Below are positions 25,660 to 36,173 of a DNA stretch of 64,000 bases, piece by piece. Position 1 is the first letter of the stretch; the number at the start of each line of letters is the position of its first letter. Source of the stretch: Oopsacas minuta. Its lineage: Eukaryota; Animalia; Porifera. Position numbers and translations under genes: made by a program. The DNA lies in the NCBI GenBank assembly GCA_024704765.1, contig JAKMXF010000166.1:460743-524742 (forward strand). Reading direction: 5' to 3'. The notes under the pieces were generated by a model. That model did not search any database, was not told the DNA's origin, and worked only from the letters and a program-made list of their open reading frames with translations.

Positions 25660-26040
25660 TGCACCTGATGTCTATAATCTATATTATTCTTATTGGAATA
25701 TTAGATACCAAGAAAAATTAATCACTACCTTCAATCATTATATTAATCTCATGCCTGGATGTATCTCATGATATTAGTCACGAGAGTTAATTTCTTTGAA
25801 ATTAATTAATGGGTACAAGTACTTTCTGGACTCAAATAATTGTTTGCTAATGCTACGGAAATTCTAAACAGCAAGATAATGAGGTTAAAATCACATTGCT
25901 TTCTGAAATATTAGAGCTTCTTTTGCATTAACTGTAGAATTGATATACAGTAATAGTTGAGGAATTTTGAAAAGGGAACCTCATTAGGCAAACTCAATTA
26001 TACTCAACTGTTAATATTACTTCTTAATGTGTCCAGTTAT
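25660..26040 (-). repeat. Diverged inverted copy of ~6970-7320
   Basis: e.g. atgtatctcatgatattagtcacgagagttaatttctttgaa is the reverse complement of 7219-7260. Confidence 0.8.
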
Positions 26041-26711
26041 CAGAGCATTAAGCGCTCCTCATTTTTTGGTGCGCTCTTGCCCAGGGACGTCGCCACAGGG
26101 GGCACAGGAGGCAACACCCCCCTGGCAAATCTCGTGCCCCGGGGCATGCCCCCCCCTGGTAAACTCGTGCCACCGGACCCCTTGGCTTAAATTCCAAACA
26201 GGAAATTTTCGGCTCGCTTCGCTCACATCTTTCCCTCAATATAAATTAATCTCTTCCAAAATCAGTGATATAGCTTGTATTGATCTACCGAACTAGGTAA
26301 TATTTTCGAGTGTTTTTACCCTGAGAAATGTAGTGTTCTCCCCAGGTAGGGAGAACACTATATTTGCTTTTTATTGGCGTATCGGGCCGGTATCCCTTCA
26401 GTTTTGAAGGCTTATCGGCTGATACTCCTTAAAAAGTATAATTGACCATACATAATATCAAGGATTATCGTACGATTTTCTGGTCGATACCTCCATTGAA
26501 ATAATAATTATTAGAAACTTTTCGTTTTTGTTTAAATATTTCACCATATGCCTAAAATATAACTTTTAACATTAAGCGAAAATTTCTCCGATACACATGA
26601 CCACATAAACCGATACGCCCGGGAGAACCCTGAAAGGTATCCATCTTTTTAATATACGCAAAGCACAAAGCCAACGGAAAAATTATCAAACCAAATGTGT
26701 ATTAGGGGGTT

Positions 26712-27000
26712 ATGAGAAATTGTTTCAAAATTCAAACCTACGTGGCAGTACAAAGGTAATTAATGTGGTAGCTATTATAGCTTATTGTCAAAGGATACAC
26801 GCCGACACTACTGGACCTACGGCACCCCAGACCCCAACTGTAGTTGTGCATTCAATCTGGTAGCAATGTATAGAACTTGTTGACAACCAGATTGAATTTG
26901 TGCCCCCTAGATATCAAAGCCACACGACGCCACTGCCCGCCTGGATGGTTATGCATACTCAACTAAAAATTTATAGATCCACCACTTGGCATGTCCCTGC
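26712..27000 (-). repeat. Uninterrupted inverted paralog of 12720-12870 + 14700-14835
   Basis: Shared gcgtcgtgtggctttgat, tggttgtcaacaagttcta and gacaataagctataatagcta..attaattacctttgta.tgccacgtaggtttgaa blocks; contiguous here, separated by ~1.8 kb in the left copy. Confidence 0.75.
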
Positions 27001-28256
27001 TCTTTCCATGAATAAGTTGCGGCGCTTCCACCTCCGCTCCTTACTCAGAAAAGGATGCACTCCGGCTCCCGCTCCAGGGAAAATGGAGCGTGCTCCAATC
27101 GCGCTCCTTTCATTCTTTTAGAATTACATTAAATTTGTACTTTAAGTAATCACAATTGAATTTAGCCATTGTACATTCGGAAAATTACTAAATGTACAAC
27201 GTCAAACATTTCAATAAATTGTGAATTATACAAAAGTGTCCCAGGATCAAGGTTGCAACAGAATAGTTCAATATTTGGTTACCAAGTGAATATCAATATA
27301 CGGTATTCGGTTGGTCCAAACCGAATATTATCTGTAATATTGGGTTAATGTAACCGCATAATATCAGTATTAGGTCAAGCAACTATTCATGAATACTGAT
27401 ATTCGGTTCGATTGGTTTCAACCTTGCCCATCATCCACTTTTTATAGCCAAAATACTGAAAACCAATTTTCATGTTCATTCGACTGCTAGATTTCGCACG
27501 GCCGCGCGGACGGACGTCGCACATCGTCCATGCCATCAGGGCATCTCCCACTAGGAGCTGCACTAAATTTACTCAATAGTTCCCATTGCGCAAAATTTTT
27601 CAAAATCCATTTACTTAAACATGTAACTATGTTTGCGATTGAAATTTACGAAGTAATTAGCCAATGTCCCTACTATTGCAGCATACTCAATATGATTTAT
27701 ATTATTTCAGATTTTATTAAAATGCCAATGGTATAATTATGTAACAATGTTATTTTGAAATTATTGAGATTCTACCTCAATTTTGAAATTTGTGTATTTT
27801 ATGTACCTAAAAGTAAACAAATATTTACTATATGTTGTTAACAATACCATATTTACACTCAGCATACTCGATTACCTCAGTATATCCATTGAAAGCATGT
27901 TTCTACAACAATTTTGAAATTTTACTTTATATTCATAAAAACAGCAATAAATTTACATATGATTAATCCAAAAGTGTGAAAATCGGATTCAGTATGTTCG
28001 ATATATTTAATGAAGTTTTATTGAATTTTATTTACTTCCTTGATAAACACGATAAATACATAGTTATGCGATAATTTCAAAATTGCATACTGTGAGCCCT
28101 GAATCCGCACGAGATTCAGCTTGAAGTTACGTATGTAAAATAATTGAGATCTGAATACTTAATTATTCAAAAATATTCTAAAAATAAACTAAACTACAAA
28201 CTACAAAACCTAGTAACTAGAAGACGTACTAACGAACAAAACCTAATAACGAAATG

Positions 28257-28862
28257 TTATTTTTTATGTTTTGCTCTGAATTCCTGGATCTTTGGATTGC
28301 TATCAACACGAGCTGTTACCTTACCGATCTTTGGACAGTCCTTGAAAGTATCACCTAGCTGGTATTGGATAGTCTCTTGGCAGAGCTGGCTTAGAAGGAA
28401 ATCTGGCCAAGATGGTTTACCTAAAAAGGTGCCATCGTCTTTGATACTTTTTTCTAACTGGGCAAATTTGGCTGGCATGTTTTTCAAGCACTCTTTCTTC
28501 GCTTCTTCTTTCTTATCCTCAGGCCCGAACTTAAAAGGGTAGAGTTTAGATATCATATCAGATATAAGGTCAGCATAAGAAGAAAGCAAAGCATTCTCAA
28601 TACAGTTACTACCACCTAGTCCATTAGCTTCAGCCACAAGACGTGCAATACATAAACTTCCTCCAATTTTAACGCCTCCCTCTTCGTAGTAAGGTGCTAA
28701 GCCTAGAGGACTATCAGCTTTGTATTTAGTAGTCCATTCTTCGAATGATGAGAATCTGATATCTTCAAATTCTTTGCCGGCTGCAACCAATATCAGTCGG
28801 GTTACCTCAGCTTTGCCTGGTCCATCAAAATAGTAAAGTTTTGGTTTCGCCTCACTTGCCAT
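28257..28862 (-). CDS. Glutathione S-transferase, sigma-like (paralog 5, recent inverted duplicate of paralog 2)
   Basis: 201 aa, 11 aa differences from 8971..9576; flanking homology ~8710-9660 vs ~29085-28160. Confidence 0.9.
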   Translation of the reverse strand: MASEAKPKLYYFDGPGKAEVTRLILVAAGKEFEDIRFSSFEEWTTKYKADSPLGLAPYYEEGGVKIGGSLCIARLVAEANGLGGSNCIENALLSSYADLISDMISKLYPFKFGPEDKKEEAKKECLKNMPAKFAQLEKSIKDDGTFLGKPSWPDFLLSQLCQETIQYQLGDTFKDCPKIGKVTARVDSNPKIQEFRAKHKK

Positions 28863-30148
28863 TCAGTTCTAAGATTGCTAAAGGAATTAATGAATCAAAG
28901 CCTATCAATGTTATATATATATATATATACAATCCAGAAGAAATTCAGAAGTAAAGGTTGTCTAACAAAATCGATTGATACTAGTGAAATGAACCCTGTG
29001 TTATTGAATTATAAAAGTACTTTGACTTTGACATGAATGAAATGACCCAGTATAGTCCATGAGCCAGAATGTTTTCGGTATCATCCGGGATTAAATCTCA
29101 TAGTGATTTTTGGAAAGGTATACATCCGTGGAGAAGGAAATTCGGATAATACCTGCTGTTAGCAGTGGGTCGTTGGTAGCTTTCGTTTGTTATCACCGAG
29201 ATCACCCCTAAGGGTCGGCTGTCCAAACAAAGGTGAAATTATTATAAATCTAACCTTTTCAATTGAGTTTTAACAATTTTATTGTGATATTCATAGCCAT
29301 TAAATTTCCAGCAATTTGATGGGTCACTTGACCATATTCTGAATACTTTTGAGAATGGAATGTATCACATTCCTGTGTTGTCAAGATTTTTCCAAACATG
29401 GTAATGTGACCCCTATAATGAAAGGAAATTTCATGCTGATTACGAATATCTGGATAGAATTCGATTCAACTTAGTTAAAATATCTAGCAAAGGGGCGGTC
29501 CCAGGATTTTGGATAGCCCGGGGCAAATCCGAGCAAAATCTTCCTATATAATCGGGAGTTGTCTTAGGATCTAGAATATGGCAAAAAAGGGAGATTTCCC
29601 TGGACCTTGGTATAACGCAAAAGAATATAATAATATCTATCGAATTTTGAATTAATATACTATGTACATACAATTATTGACTCCCATCTCTTGAGAGAAC
29701 TTTCTTAAATCGGCTTACAACCACAGATACAATCACGCTGTATTCTATTGTACAGGACTGTACCAGCTATAGGTTTCCTATCTTTTCTATAAGTAATGCA
29801 ATTTATCTACCAAACCAATTCTTCTCAAATATGAAAGTAATCCGAACAAATGGCAGAGAGATATCCAGTAATAGAAGCCCCTATCAGAATGTATCAATGT
29901 ATTCTCCTGTAATAGAAAATACACTGATACTGAGACCCGTTGAGATGTCTCATCGAAAGCTAAAATATAAAGTCATCCAAGTTCTCCATCAGCTATTCCT
30001 TATTTCCTACTGATGTTGAAGTGTTTAGGAGAGTGCAGCGGGGGTAGTTCGGACTTGATTATTCTCTCTTTGCCAGTTGTCCCAGGGATCGTCTCCTCCA
30101 AATGTTGATTGTTACATCGAATCAACACCTGTTTTTCTCGCATTAATA

Positions 30149-31483
30149 CAGTCTGTTACATAATTATTTGGAACCATGGATTAGTTTATCATACGATCAG
30201 ATTTACTCTTACACAATACTAAAATTGACTAAAATATTTTCAAGAGGTGTATAATCAATATTTAATTGGTAGGCCTCTTGAGTCAATGACCATTTGACAC
30301 CTACGTGGCATTGAAGACCAATATGGCTCTAGAAAATTAGAATCTAGCCTGCTTCAGGTAATTACCAGCATTTTCTTCAACTCTGAAATTGTCTTTGGGC
30401 CTTGTTTAGTTAATTCTTGCTTAACCCACGCGAACAGATTTTCAATGGGATTGAGATCGGGGCTTTGTGATGGCCACGGAAGTACTTTTGGTAAATTAGT
30501 ACTCAACCAATTCTTACCCTTGTCACTGTATGCTTAGGATCGTTATCCATTACGAGTTGCCAATCATTTCCATGGAAAACTTCAGCCTGAGTTAGGAGAT
30601 GACCTTGAAGTACGTCTAGGAATAATGAACTGTCCATATTAGTTGTAAATATGCACAAAGGGAAAGTCCCAAAGGAAGAGAATGCCGCCCAAACATTTAT
30701 TTTTAGAGTATGTTTAGTGGTGGGGACGAATCTTTTCTGATCGGATTTTGTCCACATCTTCATTCGACCCCTGGACAGCCAAATCGACATTTCATCAGCA
30801 AAACAGTCTTGGCTCATTGTTTTTTGGGTATTAAACTTCTTTGCCCATTGGACACGATACAATCGATTTGTTTCACTCAGCATAGGTACTTTTGTGGGAT
30901 ATTTCTTAGAATATTTGGAATCGACTAAGGCTCGGCGTACAGTCTAGTAGGATACAGGTATAGAGCTCTACTTGCCAATGTTCTTAGTGATAAGTATGGT
31001 TTTTGTCTTATTTGTTGGCTAATCGACTGTTTAATCCTATTTCTCAATGAGCATGGCCTTCCAGCTCCTTTTTGATGGGAGATATCAATTCCTTTTGCTA
31101 GTTTGGCCTTTACATAATATACAGTAGACAAGCTTACATGAGCAATTTGAGCAATTTCTTTTGAGGTATGGCTATTAGCTTCTAGTAATAACTTGATAGT
31201 ATTTCTCTTATGCAATTGAGCCATCTGAAATAGTTAATACTTAAGACAAGAGAAAATAAATGGTAAACTTACGAATAATACGGAAAATGACGTCACAACA
31301 AATATTACAGAAGAGAGAAATGTTCGAGAAGTTAATTAATTGAACAAAATAGAACAATCGAATTACGTATGTACTATTATACAATTCAAAATATGTATTC
31401 ACTTTCAAATACACAATGATTCTATTAAGTTATGGTATATTTTCAAAGTATATTAAAATTCCGAATAATTATGTAACAGACTG
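30149..31483 (-). mobile_element. Tc1-family transposon (DD34E), 1335 bp
   Basis: TIR CAGTCTGTTACATAATTATT(T/C)GGAA; TA at 30147-30148 and 31484-31485. Confidence 0.92.
30255..31224 (-). pseudogene. Tc1 transposase, frameshifted with a premature stop
   Basis: MAQLHKRNT..., CFADE, INVWAAFS, MDNDPKH, WPSQSPDLNPIENL, ending ...SRGLPIKY*. Confidence 0.88.
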
Positions 31484-32260
31484 TATATCAATATTTTTCA
31501 TCTCGCCTGCCTTCCTGTTTCTATCTGAATTCAGTGATGAGCTATACGCTGAGAATTGTTATTATTAGGTGGTTGAATGTCTGATTAATACGAGCATATG
31601 TTTAAGTCCATAACAAGAGGGGCTTCTATTACTGGATATCTCTCTGCCATTTGTTCGGATTACTTTCATATTTGAGAAGAATTAGTTTGGCAGATAAATT
31701 GCTTTAGTTATAGAAGAGATAGGAAACCTGTAGCTGGTACAGTCCTGTACAATAGAATACAGCGTGATTGTATCTGTGGTTGTAAGCCGATTTAAGAAAG
31801 TTCTCTCAAGAGATGGGAGTCAATAATTGTATGTACATAGTATATTAATTCAAAATTCGATAGATATTATTATTATATTATTTTGCGTTATACCATGGTC
31901 CAGGGAGGCACAGGAAAAATTTTTCGTTGTTTTTGTGAATATAAAGTAAACAAATTATTGAAATATTTATTAGTTCATTTAGCAGTTTATACTTTGATCC
32001 TAAGACCACCACTGCCGATTATATAGTAAGATTTTGCTCCGGATTTGCCCGGGTTTAAAATCTTTGCCACGGACTATCCTAAATCCTGGTACCGCCCCTG
32101 AGCTAGACCTGTGTATATGCGATAAACTAATCAAGTTAGATTAACTTCAACTGCTCTACTGGTCTGTCGATCGACAATTTCGACTTTTCTAACCATCTTT
32201 TAATTTATATGTTTGTTATTTTCGAACCTATTTTAGCACCAATACTTGAATCTCTACCAG

Positions 32261-32914
32261 ATGACTATCCTAGCACTCTATGTTATTAACCGGGCAGGCA
32301 GTCTTATATTTGATCATGACTTTTCCCCCTCGAATATGGGAGTAGAAGTTACCTTTACTTACCCTTTTGAGATTATCCTTAAGGAAGAGCCAAACGGTCT
32401 CGTAGTATCATTTGGTTGTAGAGATGGGATTAAGATTGGACATGTATTAGTCTCAATTAACGGAGTTCCTGTCAGTGGATGTCATATGTCAGATGGAGGA
32501 GATGTCAGGGAATTCCTATCACGTCCAGAGAACTATCCGGTTTCTGTTAGGTTTTCAAAGTTAAAACCTAACGTGAATGAGCGAATAATGCTGAGCAGTA
32601 TGTTCAATACAATATACCATATGGCCAGTCAACTGTCTCCAGAGAAAAAATCAACTGGTATCCAGGAGATGGAGACAAGTGCATTTACTCTACACTGTCT
32701 GCAAACTTTGTCTGGCTTAAAATTCATTTATCTATCAGAACCTAAAACACAGGGTGTAGATGTACTCCTGAAGAAAACCTATGAGCTCTATGTAGACTTT
32801 GCTCTTAAGAATCCTTTCTATAATTTAGAGATGCCGGTTAGATGTGAATTGTTTGACAAGAATTTGATGTTATTAATAGAACAATCAGAGAAAGTTATCA
32901 GTGGAAATTTTTGA
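32261..32914 (+). CDS. TRAPPC4: Trafficking protein particle complex subunit 4 (synbindin/Trs23)
   Basis: LYVINRAGSLIF, PDZ-like insert, NERIMLSSMF, LHCLQTLSGLKF, YELYVDFALKNPFYNLEMPVRCELFD; likely start is ATG 32261. Confidence 0.93.
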   Translation: MTILALYVINRAGSLIFDHDFSPSNMGVEVTFTYPFEIILKEEPNGLVVSFGCRDGIKIGHVLVSINGVPVSGCHMSDGGDVREFLSRPENYPVSVRFSKLKPNVNERIMLSSMFNTIYHMASQLSPEKKSTGIQEMETSAFTLHCLQTLSGLKFIYLSEPKTQGVDVLLKKTYELYVDFALKNPFYNLEMPVRCELFDKNLMLLIEQSEKVISGNF

Positions 32915-35900
32915 ATACAATATACTATGATAAATATATTATTCGATTTGTTAATTAATTATATTGTACATATCTATTTTTAACTTATTAGGCTTTCCAA
33001 TTTCTCGTCCACATGTCATTCGGTACCGAATGGAATTATTCATTATTCTTAGTTTATTGGTTACATTTCCATACCAATACTATTCGAACACCTGGTGTTT
33101 TCGTTCTCAATTCTGTTAATTATATGACATCTGAATGGCTAATATATATCTTTGTTTAGACCTGTGTTTAAGTCATCGAGGCGAGTGATGAATTTGATTA
33201 TGGATTTAATCAATGATCAAATTCGTCAATGTTTATCAGTCGTCTCTGTATGAAGATTTAATTTCCAACCGTATTTCTTACTCGGTTTTAAATTATCATT
33301 TGCTTTTTATTATAGGCTCACATTGTAATAAATTATTCAAGCATACACGTCGCGGCTACAGTGCGAGTTGATTCAGCTAACACACAGCTCTGATAAGTCA
33401 TTAATAAAATTTTCGCAACATTAGCCCGTGCACATTAGCAGAGTGGCATAAATAGTGAAAGAATTGAAAGGAATGTTTGGAAATCTGTACTGACTGTACT
33501 TGAAATAATTCAAATTTGGGAAAAAGAAAGGTTTCTTTGTACCCTAAGGAACCAAAAATCTTGTTAATAATAATATTATTATTATTATTACTCCGTTAAG
33601 CGAACCTGGTTTATACAAATACTACTATGGGATATATTTAGATTTTTGGACAAGGGCATCTTAATATACTTGAATGTTCATAATATGCGACTCTCCAGCG
33701 AATAATGAATGCTCTATAGTCTAATTACAGTGGGAATCGTTAATGCGAACTTCAGCGGGCGGCAATTCGTATTAGCCAGTTACTGCTGTGTATTATTCTT
33801 ACCTACTATCTGTCTGGCATTGACAATTTAAGATAAAGAATAATGACAACCTCCCTCCATTAAGTAATACAATCATCAGCTGATTAGCTCAATTATTCAT
33901 TATATTATTTGTGATTAATTTTACTGAAGTATGACTTTTATTCATTTTATGCACTTTCTATAGTTTTCATAGATATACTTATTTCTCTCTATCGAATGAT
34001 TGCGTATACTTTATGTACTATAATTGTATGATGTACAGAGCATGGACAATCTACGATGATAGATTTCAGACTTCTGAATCATCAACAGACTAGATTGTGA
34101 GTTTTTACTTTCAATAAATATAATTTCGTATCTTCTCATTGTATCTTTGCTAGATTAAGATACATAAAGTGTGTTTTGATAAGTGTTTTATTGTACTGTC
34201 AAGTGATTAGGAAGCCGTGCATATGTAGCGATCGTTATCATAATGGTAATGAAGAGTGGGTTGGCTCAGCTGCCCATTCCTAATTATACTATCATTTCTT
34301 CTATAAAAAATGTAACGATTAATCGAATACTTCCCTCCTGCTAATCCTAGATTCCTATTCCCCTAAATACAGTCCCTAATAACACGGAAGGGAAAAAGCT
34401 TCCTAGAAATTAAACTATAACTCTTGAATGTATTCTATACTGTATCAAAACATACATTCAACTCTTGGATGTGTCCATCTCTATTACTATTTTTGTTTGT
34501 ATACTCAGGTCATCGTAAGCTCTACTAATTCGGGAGCCATGGTTGATCTGCCTAACCGCTTAAGCTCCCATATCTTGTATGTCCTCTTTACCGTAGGTAT
34601 TTCCGAGTGATCCTGCGGAAATATTACAGATCAGAGATTAATACGTAAATAATTATGTACAAATTCGTACTATATTATCAGGGATGGGAATAGCTAAGCT
34701 GCTAGCTGTTAGCAGCTATCGCTAAATTTAATTTCCATTTGTTTATTTCATTGCCATAGAAGACGATCCAGTTGTTCAGGTTTCAACCAGACCAACAATT
34801 GCGCTAGTAGCATTACTAATATAGATAATCTTCTTCAACCGACTAACTTTGGTGACTCGTATATTTTTTAGGTCAACTTGTCCAATTGACAACTGCTTTT
34901 ACGGCCTGTATGTATAAATATTGTCTAAATTGAGAGGTCAAATTTGTTGTTAGAAGTTCGAAAAGGCTGTTACAGCAATATTTTGGTTTAAAGTTATCCA
35001 TGGTGTAAAGAAACCAGAATTTATTAAGGATATATTTACAGTACTACATGTCCGCCCACCTTCCCGAAAGACATCTCGCCGAAGGACATCCTGCCGAGCT
35101 TTATTGGCTGTGGTGGAAGGATTGTTATCGAATAAGCAAGCGTTAATTGTTTTTATTTGTGTATGTATATCCACAATTATGAGAATTCAAAACACCTGAG
35201 TATGATACTGATAGTAGTTGTATTTGAATAATTTGAATACAATTACATTTAGAATACTTCATTTGAAGTTTAGTACATTTTGGAAAATCTTGACTGTATT
35301 TTCAAATTAGTTGAGCACATTTGGAAATTTCGAAAAACTAGAGCATTTTTGGAATTTTCTCTAATTATTGTGATACTTATTCTTTAATTATTACAATTAA
35401 TATTAAATATCTTTCGGCAATGTGTCCTAGCACCTTTGATTATAATAATAGATTTCATTATTTATACCTAAAATAAACTTTTGCCATTGAGCTAATTGAT
35501 GGGCGCGAATTCCTTAGAGACACATGACCACCTACAGTCCTACACCGATACTCCTTAAAAATATCCCAAAGATAACCCTGCTACCTTATCTGAGGGTTCA
35601 TCAATATTTGAAAGCTAAAGGAATAGGTAGCATCTAGTAAATTTGATGCTTTGTCCAGTATATGTACATCTGGTTTGTACGATGAGCGACTTCCTGTCTT
35701 TTACGACCACTTTCCGGTACAGATTATTTGACAAGACTTGTGATGAGCGACTATCTGCTGAACGTGACTACGATCCATATTTCTGGTTAGAAATCAAGGA
35801 CAATAGACATATAAAAGTTACTTGTACAATGATTTGTCGCTACAAGTCAACATAACTTGATACCCATTTGTTTCTATTCAAAAGGAAGTTACAATTTTTT

Positions 35901-36173
35901 TACAACGCTGAATTTACTGTACTTATTTTCAAATGTGTTTTTGGTAAGCTATAGTTAATTCGTTACTATGTGGATAATATCCGTATGGTTATATCATTAG
36001 TAAAACCTGTGATCAGCACCACCTATCATTTACAAGAATTTCTTCGGAAACCCGGGTGGTCGTAAGAGGCAGGTTTTACTATATATCCATCTACTAAGCT
36101 GCATGATACGTACGTAAAACATTTAACTTTTGAATCGTCAATTTTCGATAATTATTTATAATTGCACTTTCTG

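Larger units (their letters stand above)
29488..32102. mobile_element. Long-arm foldback/TIR element hosting the nested Tc1
   Basis: Arms ~29488-29885 and ~31612-32102 are inverted copies; ends AGGGGCGGT(C/A)CCAGGATTT; CTAG immediately outside both ends. Confidence 0.7.

Noticed and set aside
26027-26296. GC-rich short ORFs at 25957-26296
   Set aside because: They arise from a G/C-run repeat related to 12640-12690, with no protein signature
26331-26360. 12-bp stem hairpin as a terminator or ncRNA
   Set aside because: Lies within repeat-derived sequence, and intrinsic terminators are not expected in this genome
6849-29085. One simple colinear inverted segmental duplication
   Set aside because: Shared blocks fall on different diagonals and the 7.0-7.3 kb block is out of order; this is a patchwork, not a single event
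32246-32260. TTG start for TRAPPC4
   Set aside because: Homologs begin at the ATG 32261 position
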